Source: Candidatus Poribacteria bacterium
Lineage (GTDB): Bacteria > Poribacteria > WGA-4E > JAJDTR01
DNA: 64,000 bases
NCBI GenBank assembly: GCA_965222225.1
Contig: CBDCTK010000002.1
Span: 3,968,001-4,032,000, forward strand
Reading direction: 5' to 3'
Each line of letters starts with the position of its first letter. Position 1 is the stretch's first letter. Of this stretch, positions 49,934 through 60,661 are shown piece by piece. The translations under genes were made by a program, and so were the position numbers. A model generated the notes under the pieces. The model ran no database searches and was not told where the DNA came from. It worked only from the letters and a program-made list of their open reading frames with translations.

Positions 49934-50878
49934 ATGAAGATTTTAATTAACACGAAGCTTACAGACGATCATCGCCAACAGATTCAATCCGTATCTAATA
50001 CGCTCAGAATCGTCGAGCCTGAAGATGAGGCCGCCCGGCTCGCGGAAATTCGTGATACGGATATTGTGTTCGGCAATTTCAACCGATCGCTTTTCGAGGC
50101 GGCTGAACAACTGAAATGGGTGCAGGTTCTCGGCGCCGGCGTTGACGGACTGCTTTTCCCCGAATTTGTCGAAAGCGATGTCGTTTTGCTAAGCGCGAAA
50201 GGGTTTGTCGGTCCCCATCTCGCCGATCAGACGTGGGCGCTGATTCTCGGTCTGATACGCGGTGTTGGTCGTGCCGTGCGCGAGCGCACCTGGGAAAACC
50301 ACATGTCCATCCGCAACGAAACGTGGGAGCTGGCTGATTGCACCCTCGGAATTGTGGGACTCGGCGGCACCGGCATTGAGGTGGCTAAACGGGCGCAGGG
50401 ATTTGACATGCGCGTGATTGCGGTTGACCCGGAGGATGTAGACGCCCCCTCATTCGTCCACGAGGTCTGGGAGATGAGCCGGTTCTACGATTTGCTTGCC
50501 GAATCGGATATCGTTTCGATTTGCGCTCCGCTGACGGATGAAACCCACGGCATGTTCGACGACGAAGCCTTCCGGCGGATGAAACCGAGCGCGCTGCTCA
50601 TTAACGTCACGCGTGGAAAAATCGTTGATGAGCCTTCTCTGCTCCGCGCACTGGAGGATGGTTTGATTGGCGGCGCCGGGCTGGACGTAACTCCGGAAGA
50701 ACCCCTTCCGCAGGATAGCCCGCTCTGGGATATGCCCAACGTCATTGTCACGCCCCACGTAGCGGGCGGTTCGCCCATTCGACTCGATCGGACGGTCGGG
50801 CTTTTCTGCGACAACCTCGAACGCTTCTTGGTGGGCAAACCCCTCCTAAGCGTGATAGACAAGCGCAAAGGTTACTAA
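49934..50878 (+). CDS. D-2-hydroxyacid dehydrogenase
   Basis: GLGGTG, INVTRG, LDV..EEP, TPHVAG. Confidence 0.92.
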   Translation: MKILINTKLTDDHRQQIQSVSNTLRIVEPEDEAARLAEIRDTDIVFGNFNRSLFEAAEQLKWVQVLGAGVDGLLFPEFVESDVVLLSAKGFVGPHLADQTWALILGLIRGVGRAVRERTWENHMSIRNETWELADCTLGIVGLGGTGIEVAKRAQGFDMRVIAVDPEDVDAPSFVHEVWEMSRFYDLLAESDIVSICAPLTDETHGMFDDEAFRRMKPSALLINVTRGKIVDEPSLLRALEDGLIGGAGLDVTPEEPLPQDSPLWDMPNVIVTPHVAGGSPIRLDRTVGLFCDNLERFLVGKPLLSVIDKRKGY

Positions 50879-51035
50879 ATTCGACGCTTACTTTGTAGGG
50901 TGCGCACCGCCCACCAGCCTTTGAAAAGCGCCAGCGCTGCGACAGGTGTATAACGAACAACGACAAAAACACGAACAGTCCCCTTCCCATGTGCCCAAGC
51001 ACTACTTTGCCGCCTGCTATTCAAATTAGGTCATT

Positions 51036-51839
51036 ATGATAAAAGTTGGCATCTACGCCTCATATTTTGGCAAAGACGAACCCAAAGCGTTCCCGGATGT
51101 CGAATCCTTCATCGATCTGGCGTATGAATTGCGGCTGGATGCCATCGACTTCCGCGCCGATGTCGGATTCAGCTCCCGAGATCCCGACTATCTGCTGGAC
51201 ATCAAACTAAAATGCCTGAAGGCAGGGTTGTCCATCGGTTATCTGGCGTCTGGCGGTCATTTCGTGGGAGCTGAGGAGGAATTGCAAGCGAAAGTTGACG
51301 AAACCAAAGCGGATGTCGAAATGGCTGCGTTCTTGGGAGCGCCCATGATTCGGCTCTTCTGCGGCGCCCCGGAGGAGGGCGGCGGTGAAAGTGAAATTGA
51401 ATGCTTCCGAGAAGTGTGCGATTTTGCCGCCGATGCCGGGATTATGGTAGGCTTGCAAAATCATCCGTGCACGGGCGACGACATCTTGCGTATACTGCGA
51501 GATACGCACCGCGAAAACTTTACCTTTATCTTGGATACCGGTCAGTGGGTTGGCTCACCCGGACGGAACCGCGGCGTGGGCGATCCAAACGTGGATATTT
51601 ATCGCTATATGGAACAGACAGCCCCCTACGCATCCTACGTTCGGGCAAAAATCTACAAAATCGACAGCGGTCGCGAGGAATGGCTGGATTACGCCCGCAT
51701 TGTGCAGATTCTGAAATCTGCGGATTTCAACGGCGTGATGTCCATCACGTTTGAAGGGGAGGATGTCAACCGGTGCGATGACAGGGAGACGTTCAGATTG
51801 GCGGCTCGGCACCTGCGCGAATTGATCGCCGAAACGTAA
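51036..51839 (+). CDS. Sugar phosphate isomerase/epimerase (TIM barrel)
   Basis: LGAPMIRLFCG, GLQNH, LDTGQW, SITFEG. Confidence 0.85.
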   Translation: MIKVGIYASYFGKDEPKAFPDVESFIDLAYELRLDAIDFRADVGFSSRDPDYLLDIKLKCLKAGLSIGYLASGGHFVGAEEELQAKVDETKADVEMAAFLGAPMIRLFCGAPEEGGGESEIECFREVCDFAADAGIMVGLQNHPCTGDDILRILRDTHRENFTFILDTGQWVGSPGRNRGVGDPNVDIYRYMEQTAPYASYVRAKIYKIDSGREEWLDYARIVQILKSADFNGVMSITFEGEDVNRCDDRETFRLAARHLRELIAET

Positions 51840-51872
51840 TTTGACCTGCCCGATTAGGGGGAGATTCTGTAG

Positions 51873-51953
51873 GATCAAGCGATCGAATAGCGAGCGCGAT
51901 AGACATTCCTGCGATAGAGTTCCCGTAGAAAATCTCACGCCATAGAGATTCCC
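51873..51953 (+). repeat. Hairpin unit plus three tail fragments
   Basis: GATCAA GC GA TC GAATA GC GA GC GCGATAG, then tails such as GATAGAGTTCCC and ATAGAGATTCCC. Confidence 0.8.
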
Positions 51954-51981
51954 TCAACCGACCGGATAGGGAGTACGGAGG

Positions 51982-54689
51982 ATGCACAAAATGATTAGAT
52001 TCACACGTTTCCACGCATTATGCGTCGCCTTAACATTGCTCGTCAACGCCGCCGCCGCACAGGTTGTTACTATTCCCGACCCTAACTTAGAACAGCTTGT
52101 CAGAGAAACACTTCGACTTCCGAACAACGTTCAAATTGAGCGTGGGCACATGCTCCAGCTACGCGACCTTGATGCTGGAGGTAACCGAGAAATTCTAAAT
52201 ATCACGGGACTAGAATACGCCACCAACATCGTAAGTCTGAACCTCTATGACAACCCTATCGAAGATATTAGCCCTTTGGCTAATATGACCAAGATGACAG
52301 GTTTCAACTTGTGGGGGTGTCGCATTGTTGATTTGAGTCCACTCCGTAACTTGATGAATCTGAGTTGGATTGTATTAGGGAGTAACCAAATCTCCAACCT
52401 CAGTCCGCTGTCTGAACTAACGAATCTCACTTATCTGAATCTCTCATTGAACCAAATTTCTGACATCAGCCCCCTTGCAAACCTTGTTAACCTTCAGGAA
52501 CTCTTGATAGACCAAAATTCGGTTGAAGATATTACAATACTCGCAAATTTGACACAACTTACTCGCTTGCGCTCGGACACAAATCAGATTCACGACATCA
52601 GTCCCCTTGCCAATCTCACCCGGTTAGAAGAATTGTGGCTCAATAGAAATGCGATTACAAATCTCGCCCCACTGACTGGATTGAACAACTTACAGAAACT
52701 TTACATTGCTGACAACCCCTTCCACGACTTTAGTCCCCTTTTTGAACTTGAAGGGGTAGAACTGGACATTGAAATAGATGAGGGATTCAACCTCGTCGTC
52801 GAAATGCCCGAACCGAACTTAAGACTGTTGATGCGAGAAACGCTGTCTCTCCCTGAAGTGGTGCCTCTTACACAAGGACAGATGCTACGATTGACAGGAC
52901 TGGACGCCGGTGGGGACCGTGGAATCACCGACCTAACGGGACTGGAATACGCAACCAACCTCCAATCTCTCGCGCTTTACCACAATCCAATCGTAGATAT
53001 TAGTCCTTTAGCCCATCTTGCAAAATTGGAAGGATTACATCTCTGGGGGTGCCGCATTGTTGATTTGAGTCCACTCCGTAACTTGAAGAATCTGAGATGG
53101 ATTGTCTTAGGGAATAACCAAATCTTGGACATCAGTCCATTGGCTGAATTAATCAATCTTACCGATTTGCGCCTAGATAGCAACCAAATTGTCGACTTCA
53201 GTCCCCTTGCCAATCTCGTTAACCTTGAGACGCTATGGATACAGGCAAACCCGGACGATGACTTTTCAGCATTGGATAGGTTGAGTCTAACCGATTTCCG
53301 ATACGACCAAGTATGCGATATTCCACCTCTATTTCCGCTGGAGGAGCGTCTGAACAATCGCAGCTATCCCTCTATCGTTCGCGCCTGGGATGATGTTGTC
53401 GGACAGGATCGCCTCTCTCCCATAGAAAGGGGCATGTTGCACGATCTCTGGTTCAATCCGGCCCCTCACTTTGAGATACAATGGGATATAACCCCGACTG
53501 CGCTAACGCCAGGACTGTCTACTCAACTGGCAGGAGTGCCGGGCGTGTCTTATGACCTAAGGCGAAGCGCCCAGCAGTTGAATCCGGACACCATAGTTCT
53601 CGCCGATATTCACATTCTTAGCCTATTACCGGAAGAAGAGTTCCCTCCTGATTCGCGCTTCTGGCTTAGAGACAGCAATGGAGAGATTGCAAAGAGGCTA
53701 GACTCTGACGGTAACCTTTATCCCATGGTCGATATTTTCGAACCCGAAGTCCAGAATCTCTTCGTAAACCGGATTCTTGCCATTGAACGCTGTGGGGTGT
53801 TTGATGGTGTGTTTCTAGATGAATTTTTCCACCATGGGACAGCCTTTGCGGGAAGACACTTATACGACGCGAGTGACGAGGAACTTATCCAAGTATGGAT
53901 GAATATACTTAAAGCTGTTCGGGCCCAAGCTCGTGATGATTTTCTCATACTGATGAATGTTAACGAGACTAAACCGACGCGGGTCGCCGAATACGTTAAT
54001 GGCGTGCTCACGGAATCCTTCAGAGACCATCCGGGCGGGTACAGCCGCGAATGGATTATGACACATGAAGATACGCTCTCGTGGGCTGAGAATAATCTCA
54101 GAGAACCTCACATAAACTGTCTATACGGCGCGGGAATGAGCATAGAGCCACCCGATGGCCCGAACAACCTACGCTGGATGCGGATGTTCACAACCTTGAG
54201 CCTAACTCATTCCAATGGCTACGTAATATACACCGATGGTCAAAGAGGCGATCCCTCTGCAGACGCTCCATTTGGTACTCACCACGCACACCTATGGTAT
54301 GACTTCTGGAACGCCGACATTGGTCAGCCAGTAGGTCCGAAAGCCCAGCTCCATGAGAATACGGAAGGTCTATTCATTCGTGAGTTCACAACGGGCTGGA
54401 CAGTGTATAATCGGAGCGGTAAGTCTCACGTTGTCACATTACCTGAGCGCGTGCAATCTGTACGAAGTGGTGTCCAAAACACCCAGCACGCTGTTCCCGC
54501 CTTGACGGCGACATCTACCTCCGCGTAGCGCCGGTTAACCCTGCAGATATAAACGGTGACGGTGTTATGAACATCCTAGACTTAGTTCTCGTGGCAAATG
54601 CGTTTGGCACCGACGCGCACGATGTCAACGGTGACGGCGTTACTAATATCCTAGACTTGGTCATAGTAGCACAAGCCATTAACCAGTAA
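51982..54689 (+). CDS. Internalin-like LRR, putative glycoside-hydrolase barrel and dockerin; 1-bp frameshift near 54501
   Basis: 22-aa LRRs and FDGVFLD. The shifted frame gives LDGDIYL..DINGDGVMNILDLV..DVNGDGVTNILDLV, with the stop at 54689. Confidence 0.82.
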
Positions 54690-54788
54690 TTGAAGAAGTG
54701 GCTATCTGATAGGCAAGTACATTTGCCCGTTGACTATCGAGTCTTAACTGACCACTAGCCACTAATCACTGCCTTTTAGGAAGCCCTT

Positions 54789-55538
54789 ATGTTAACGCCG
54801 CAGCAACTAACACATTACCATGAACAGGGCTTCGTGATTCCGGATTTTCGCTTGCCCGCCTCAACCATACAGTCAATCAAGGACGACTTTGAGCGGTTGC
54901 TGATGCGGTACCCCGAGTTCCGGCAAAATTGCCCGTCTCTGCTCACCTACGACACGACCTTCCTGAATTACGCGAGGAACCCGGACATCCTTGACATGGT
55001 GACCCAAATTCTCGGAGAAGATATAGCCGTTTGGAATTCCAGCTATTTTGGCAAACCTGCACATGATGGGAAAAGGGTGCCTTGGCATCAAGATGGACGC
55101 TACTGGCCCATTAGCCCTCTCGCAAGTTGCTCCGTATGGATTGCGATTGACGATTCCAACACCGAGAACGGTTGCCTGCGGATTATCCCCGGTTCGCACA
55201 AATCGCGGAAATTATTCAGGCACGAAAGCAACCCCAGCGACGACCTCGTTCTTTCGCTTGAACTCCTGCGATCCGAATTTGACGAAAGCACCGCTGTGGA
55301 CATTGCCTTGGAATCGGGACAGGTTTCGCTCCACGATGTCTATTTGGTGCACGGTTCGGAACCCAACACCTCCGGTAAATCCCGCCGCGGCATGACGCTG
55401 CGCTTTTTTCCCACCACCTCCGTTTACGAGCGCGACATTGAGGGAGGAGTGCAGCCGCGATCGCTGTTCCTAATGCGGGGCACGGATCGGTCAAAACGAA
55501 ATGACTTCGTGGTGAAACCGTTGCCCGCACCCCAGTAA
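54789..55538 (+). CDS. Phytanoyl-CoA dioxygenase (PhyH) family protein
   Basis: WHQD, NGCLRIIPGSH, HGS..N.S..RR. Confidence 0.92.
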   Translation: MLTPQQLTHYHEQGFVIPDFRLPASTIQSIKDDFERLLMRYPEFRQNCPSLLTYDTTFLNYARNPDILDMVTQILGEDIAVWNSSYFGKPAHDGKRVPWHQDGRYWPISPLASCSVWIAIDDSNTENGCLRIIPGSHKSRKLFRHESNPSDDLVLSLELLRSEFDESTAVDIALESGQVSLHDVYLVHGSEPNTSGKSRRGMTLRFFPTTSVYERDIEGGVQPRSLFLMRGTDRSKRNDFVVKPLPAPQ

Positions 55539-55748
55539 ACCGCCAAACCAGAAGATAAGTGCATTTGTAGGGTGGGATCGAAAGAGCGAATAGCGATAAG
55601 GATTTTCTATCGCCCTCCCTATTTGGTCGGTTGATCGATTGAGATCTTCAGGTGTATTGCACCAGCGAGTTACCAATATCAGAAACCGCCGCCAAGGTCG
55701 TAGGCATACTCCGTATGCCGTAACCCTAGTGTGGATTGGGAAGGTGGG

Positions 55749-56447
55749 TCAAAACGCCGTGGACATCGCGATTCCGAACCGCTCAAGCCAGATGTACATG
55801 AGACTAACGCCGTGCTGTCTACGAAAATAGTTGAACATCAGGTGCGACCGATCTCCGTCATACATCCCGCGAGCGGAGAACCCTCTGCCAAAATCAACCG
55901 TGGCGCCGAAAGGATAATTGAATCCGTCATCCCATTCGGAATAGTTCACGGTCGCATATAACGACAGCGGAAGGCGCGGCAAGCGCTTGGCAAGCGTGAA
56001 AAAGTAGGCTTGAGTCCCAGCGGGTGAGCCGATGCGGTCCGAGCTTGTTCCGATGAAGAGGGCAGGTCGGGTATCCGTTTCCGTAAGGAGGAATGCGTTG
56101 AAGAGCGGAGAGATTTCCGATGCCGCGGGGTTATATTCAAGACCAAGTTGACCCCTGCTTAGGAACTGATAATTCAACGTCATCCGCCAGCGCGGACGAT
56201 CTTTCTCCGTGTCGACATAACGCCAAGAAATCGCCCATGTGGTCTGAATACCGCTTCCCCGAAGCGGTGCGCCTTCGCCAGGTCAGGCGCTTCAGGTAGG
56301 AGTCATGGAAGTCTGGGGGGCGGTCTTTAGCGGCTTGAGTTGGAGATTCGCTTCGTTTGACCAGCTATCAGCCGCCGCGGTCAAGAACAAATATAATACT
56401 AGACTCCCAATAAGCGTATGTGTCAGTGTTGCTCCAAAACGTGTCAT
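55749..56447 (-). CDS. Candidate selenoprotein (U52-S-A-U55), secreted or outer-membrane beta-barrel-like
   Basis: One frame from ATG 56447 (signal peptide) through ACC TGA AGC GCC TGA CCT into the 56183 ORF; 232 aa ending in Phe; SECIS-like hairpin downstream of the TGAs. Confidence 0.7.
56250..56268 (-). promoter_or_regulatory. Putative bacterial SECIS hairpin
   Basis: mRNA ACCGCUUC-GGG-GAAGCGGU; first loop G lies at +23 after the second UGA. Confidence 0.6.
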
Positions 56448-57103
56448 GGTTGATGAATGGGGAAATGATGGACAGGAGGCAGGTCATCCTGTTTTAATTG
56501 GTTGATGGGATAAGTAGCAGTCAGTGGGTTGCTATCGGATTCCGTTTCCATGTGAATTATAGTTAGAGCCTAATAGAATAACAGTGACTAAGCCAAATTT
56601 GTCATCAGAGTTGCTGCATACCGTACAAGCGAAGAGCAACACCGTATCACCCGTGTCAAGCTCACTCGTGCCTACAAGTCGTATATATTCTAATGCTACT
56701 GCGCCTGGTTACTTTCTTATTTGGCGTTTAAAGAATCGCTGTACCCGCGACAACCTGAAATGTCGCTCCGCTGGAGCGAAACATCTTTAGGTATGTTATA
56801 CTTCTGTAGTTAAGTGTTGGTCTGTCTTGTACTGCAGCGAAGTGGTATGTTAGGCTGCCGTAGCCATGTGAGGATTTGACTAACCACTTCTTCCTACCAC
56901 CAAACAGTTGCGTAGAATGTCTATATCGTTTTTAGTTGGTCAATCCCTGCGTCTGTGTACATCGTAATATTCTTTTATGGGTAGATGGTTAATTAGGTAT
57001 GGGGCTAGCGGATGTGTTTGATTTTGAGGAAATAGAGGATAATGTCCCAAGTGCAAAGAAACTACAAATCGCCGTATGCCGGTATTGGCTTAGTGGGCTA
57101 TGG

Positions 57104-57685
57104 TTAAAAAGGAATATCATCATGTGTTTCTTTCGTGTATGATAATTCCAAAAGCGCCCCTTTAAGTCGCTGTAAAGTATTCAATACGTCACTGGCGCTT
57201 TCAATTACAGTGTAGGTATTTTGGATATCGACGCGTTGCCGTCTAACTTCATTCATAATCAATGCGACGGAATCACCAAACCGGTCTAATTGATTTAAGT
57301 GTTCTTCGGATTGTCTCTTGGTGAACATAAATCTCCTTGTATCTATACTATCCGTACCGGGGTAATTTGGAAGATACGTCAATTGCTCAATGTAATCCTT
57401 GTCTTGCTGCCACAGACGCTGCTCCCACTCGTCGTCCCAATACTGCTCGGAATAGTCCTGATAATAGTCCTCTATGATAGAATAGGTAATATCGTCATCA
57501 AAATACTGCTCCCAGTGGTCGTCATACTCGCCAAGAAGTTCTTGTGTATGTTGGTGCAAAAAGTCTTCATAATCCTCGTCGTCCGGATTCGAAATTTCGT
57601 CAATGTAGTTCATCAGGAGGACTTTCGTGGAGTGATCACTAGCGATACCGTATAATGAATCGTCTCCGTTCGCATTTAATGCCAT
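57104..57685 (-). CDS. Acidic hypothetical protein ending DDIPF
   Basis: Asp/Glu/Tyr-rich ORF with an SSB-like C-terminal tip. Confidence 0.6.
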   Translation of the reverse strand: MALNANGDDSLYGIASDHSTKVLLMNYIDEISNPDDEDYEDFLHQHTQELLGEYDDHWEQYFDDDITYSIIEDYYQDYSEQYWDDEWEQRLWQQDKDYIEQLTYLPNYPGTDSIDTRRFMFTKRQSEEHLNQLDRFGDSVALIMNEVRRQRVDIQNTYTVIESASDVLNTLQRLKGALLELSYTKETHDDIPF

Positions 57686-57731
57686 CTTAATTGGCGGTGC
57701 AACCATGCGAGAAATAGATTTCAATCTTCCC

Positions 57732-58721
57732 TCAGGCGCAGGCGGGACTGTCTACCGTCCATCGGTTGAAAGTCGGATTTTCACTCACGGCGAGTTTGCT
57801 GCGGGCGTCATACCACATATTCGCCCACTCAATCGGATCGTGTAATTCGCTCCCCGGGTTGGATCTGCTGCGAGCGACGAAGCCCGGAAATGCGCCGCGC
57901 CCCGTTGGTTGACCTATTGGATTATAACGAAGGTCAAAACTCCAACGAATATTGTCGCTCTTGTTTGGCAGCGAAGAGTGGCAGTTCAGGCGATTGAAAA
58001 GCAGCACCGATCCGCGCTTCATGGGAAGCGGAACGCTATCCGCCGATCGTAGGTATTTGTCCGGAATGTGGAGACCGAATCCTCTCGAAATTTCCTTGTG
58101 CGCGTGACAGTGTTGGAGCAATCCCTCGCGATGGCTCCTCGGAATAACCTCTAAACAGCCGTTCTCAATCGTAGCCTCCCACAGACAGAACCACACCGTC
58201 AACATATTGGTCTCATCGGCTTCGGGCGTGACAACGCCGGTGTCTTGATGCCACGGGGTCGCACCTAGCTGAACGTTCCCGGTCTCCTCGTTAATGGGGC
58301 ATAAATGCTCCGGCGGTTTGAGCCGCACATGCTGCACCGGATTGGAGTAGATTTCCGGTCCAATCAACGACTCGACGGCATCGAGGAGTTTCTCGTTTCG
58401 CAGCATCCTGAAAACCGCGGGACCCACCCACATCGGCGTATCCGTCTGCACGTTCCGCTGCGGCAGCGAAAAGTCGAAATATTGTGCGTGCACCTTGCCG
58501 GATTCGGCGTAAATCTTGGTCAGTCGATCGCCAAACGGCAGGTCGTCATAGGTGGAGGAGACTTCACCCTTTTCCTCTAATTCGAGGGCGAGTCGATCCA
58601 ATACGGTCGCGTATTCCTCAATGACCGGATCAATATCTTGCTCGGGGTCAAACAAATCTTCCACGACCAAGTACCCCTGTTCCTCAAAGTGCGCCACTTG
58701 GGATGCGGTAAGATGTGCCAT
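57732..58721 (-). CDS. PhyH family dioxygenase
   Basis: TPWHQD, NGCLEVIPRSH, HSSLPNKSDNIRWSFDLRY. Confidence 0.92.
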   Translation of the reverse strand: MAHLTASQVAHFEEQGYLVVEDLFDPEQDIDPVIEEYATVLDRLALELEEKGEVSSTYDDLPFGDRLTKIYAESGKVHAQYFDFSLPQRNVQTDTPMWVGPAVFRMLRNEKLLDAVESLIGPEIYSNPVQHVRLKPPEHLCPINEETGNVQLGATPWHQDTGVVTPEADETNMLTVWFCLWEATIENGCLEVIPRSHREGLLQHCHAHKEISRGFGLHIPDKYLRSADSVPLPMKRGSVLLFNRLNCHSSLPNKSDNIRWSFDLRYNPIGQPTGRGAFPGFVARSRSNPGSELHDPIEWANMWYDARSKLAVSENPTFNRWTVDSPACA

Positions 58722-58964
58722 TTTTCCTTCTTCCTTTGCGTGAATCGCGTGCAATGGTTCCGAATAACGCGAGTTTGAATTCGCCTACACAACAGATGAA
58801 CACGGGGAGGCATGACTTTCACATCTGTCGAATATAAACGTAATGAGCGGTTTCTTGTTACGCTGTACTATCACGCCCCGATCTCCACCTGTGTCCCGTT
58901 CTAGCCCACTGAAAAATTCTTACCTAGAAATCACATTATCCTCTGTCCTTCTAACTCCATATTA

Positions 58965-59293
58965 GAGCCTGTTTGAAAAGTACAGTTTGTAGGGTGCGCA
59001 CTGCGCACCAGCCTCTAAAAGCCCCAGAGTGGGATCAAGGGAGCGAATAGCGACTGCGATAGAAATCCATGAAGGTGTAAGGTGTATAGAAACACCAAAA
59101 CCCCGTGCACCTAAGCCCCAGTGGGGATCAAACGAACGGATAGTGAGTGCGATAGCAATCCCATAGGTATGTAGCAGCCAACAATGAAAACATGAGAAAA
59201 CTTTCTACAAATGGCCAAAAGCATCGGATTTTCAAGACGTTTTCCCCAAAATGACCTCTCTCGAAGACGGATTTGGACTTTTCAAACAGGCTC
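58965..59293. mobile_element. MITE with IS5-like ends carrying REPs and two hairpin units
   Basis: TIR GAGCCTGTTTGAAAAGT / ACTTTTCAAACAGGCTC with TTA on both sides; units at 59033 and 59126. Confidence 0.8.
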
Positions 59294-59528
59294 TTAGGCA
59301 GGCTCTTAGGAAGTGTCAATTACAATCAAGCAACCGGATTCAGACGGATCAAAAGAGTGTATAACGAGTGATTAAAGAAATGAATAATGACCGCAATAAA
59401 AATCCATCGGCAATCATCAAATCGCTGACTTCCCCTCTTGCCACGGCACATGTTCTCGGCGATAAATCGCCGAACTGCTTGGCTTCGAATCTTCAACTAC
59501 GTAAGTCTTAAATTGACGCAGCAACATA

Positions 59529-59798
59529 TCACTTCTTATATGCCTTGCCACGATGCGGGATTCCATGCACGTTACATATTTTGCTCTCAATGTCCACATC
59601 ATATATTATTCGATAGCTTCCAACACGATAACTGTAAAGACCAGCCAATTTCCCATCCAGCTTCTTGCCAAGTAGAAGTGGATTTGCTGATAGTGACTCT
59701 ATGGCAATATTAACTCTACATTTCATATTGGAATCTAACGAATTGTATTGCTTGGATGAGTTTCCAATCAATCTTATCTCAAACTGCTTGCTTGACAT
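59529..59798 (-). CDS. RelE/ParE family toxin
   Basis: KKLDGKLAGLYSYRVGSYRIIY..HRGKAY. Confidence 0.85.
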   Translation of the reverse strand: MSSKQFEIRLIGNSSKQYNSLDSNMKCRVNIAIESLSANPLLLGKKLDGKLAGLYSYRVGSYRIIYDVDIESKICNVHGIPHRGKAYKK

Positions 59799-59976
59799 CT
59801 TCCCATTTGACATACTTGCCAGACTTGAGATCTTCTTGTGCCTTTTTTAGGCTTTCCATTGCCTCAGGATTATTAAGTATCTCCTCAGTTTCGGACAAAG
59901 CTTTTGATTCTCTAGGGGCAACTGTTACTGTCTCCGTCAAGATAGGTTTTGTTGGTGTCCCTTCACTGGTTTTCAT
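59779..59976 (-). CDS. Cognate antitoxin (YefM C-terminal-like)
   Basis: SD AAGGAG; ETEEILNNPEAMESLKKAQEDLKSGK; overlaps the toxin start. Confidence 0.75.
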   Translation of the reverse strand: MKTSEGTPTKPILTETVTVAPRESKALSETEEILNNPEAMESLKKAQEDLKSGKYVKWEDVKQAV

Positions 59977-60661
59977 TGTTATATCTCCTTGCGTTGCGAC
60001 TGTGATAGTTAAGCGTCCAATTATTGTACACGGTAAATAGTATACTCTGGAGTATACACAGACGTAAAGCAAAAGGATCGATTTTGGCAATATGCTGCGT
60101 TGTTGTCATTTTTTCGTGACATATGCTTGATGACGGCGTGGTCGTCTGCGTTTGGTTGACGATTAAGCGACTGAACAAGGAGTAAGGCTACTGTCGCAGT
60201 CACTACGGGATCTCTATCGATCAGAAGTATCAGATTAGTGGCTAGTGAATAGTAGTTAGGAAAGAAATCCTGGAGCCGTATTACAGGCGACGAAAGTCCC
60301 AACCTCCCTAGCCCCTTGTCAAGGGAGAATTGTCATCGACTGAGGCATGAAACGACGCTCGAAAAATCAGGCTCTTCAGAGTTAAGTGTGGAAATGAAAT
60401 TGACTTAGGAGTTGCGCAGTGAAGCATCCAAAGGATTGTAGGAGCGATCTCCGAATCGCGATCTCTTTCGCAAGCAAAACTCGCTCCTACAGAAGACGCG
60501 CAATAAAGGGATCTCTATCGCCTTCTATCCACTCAGTTGATGGTTTCGTTTATCCTTCGCTATTCGCTCAGTCGATCTCGTTATTAGGCAGGAAAGGCAC
60601 TTGGCGGTGGTCAGCACCGCAAACTCGTCACTCACCGCTCTGCTTCAACTAGAAAATAGCG

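Noticed and set aside
1761-60578. GATCAA..GCGATAG units as a CRISPR array
   Set aside because: Copies are dispersed on both strands and internally variable, with no regular unique spacers and no cas genes.
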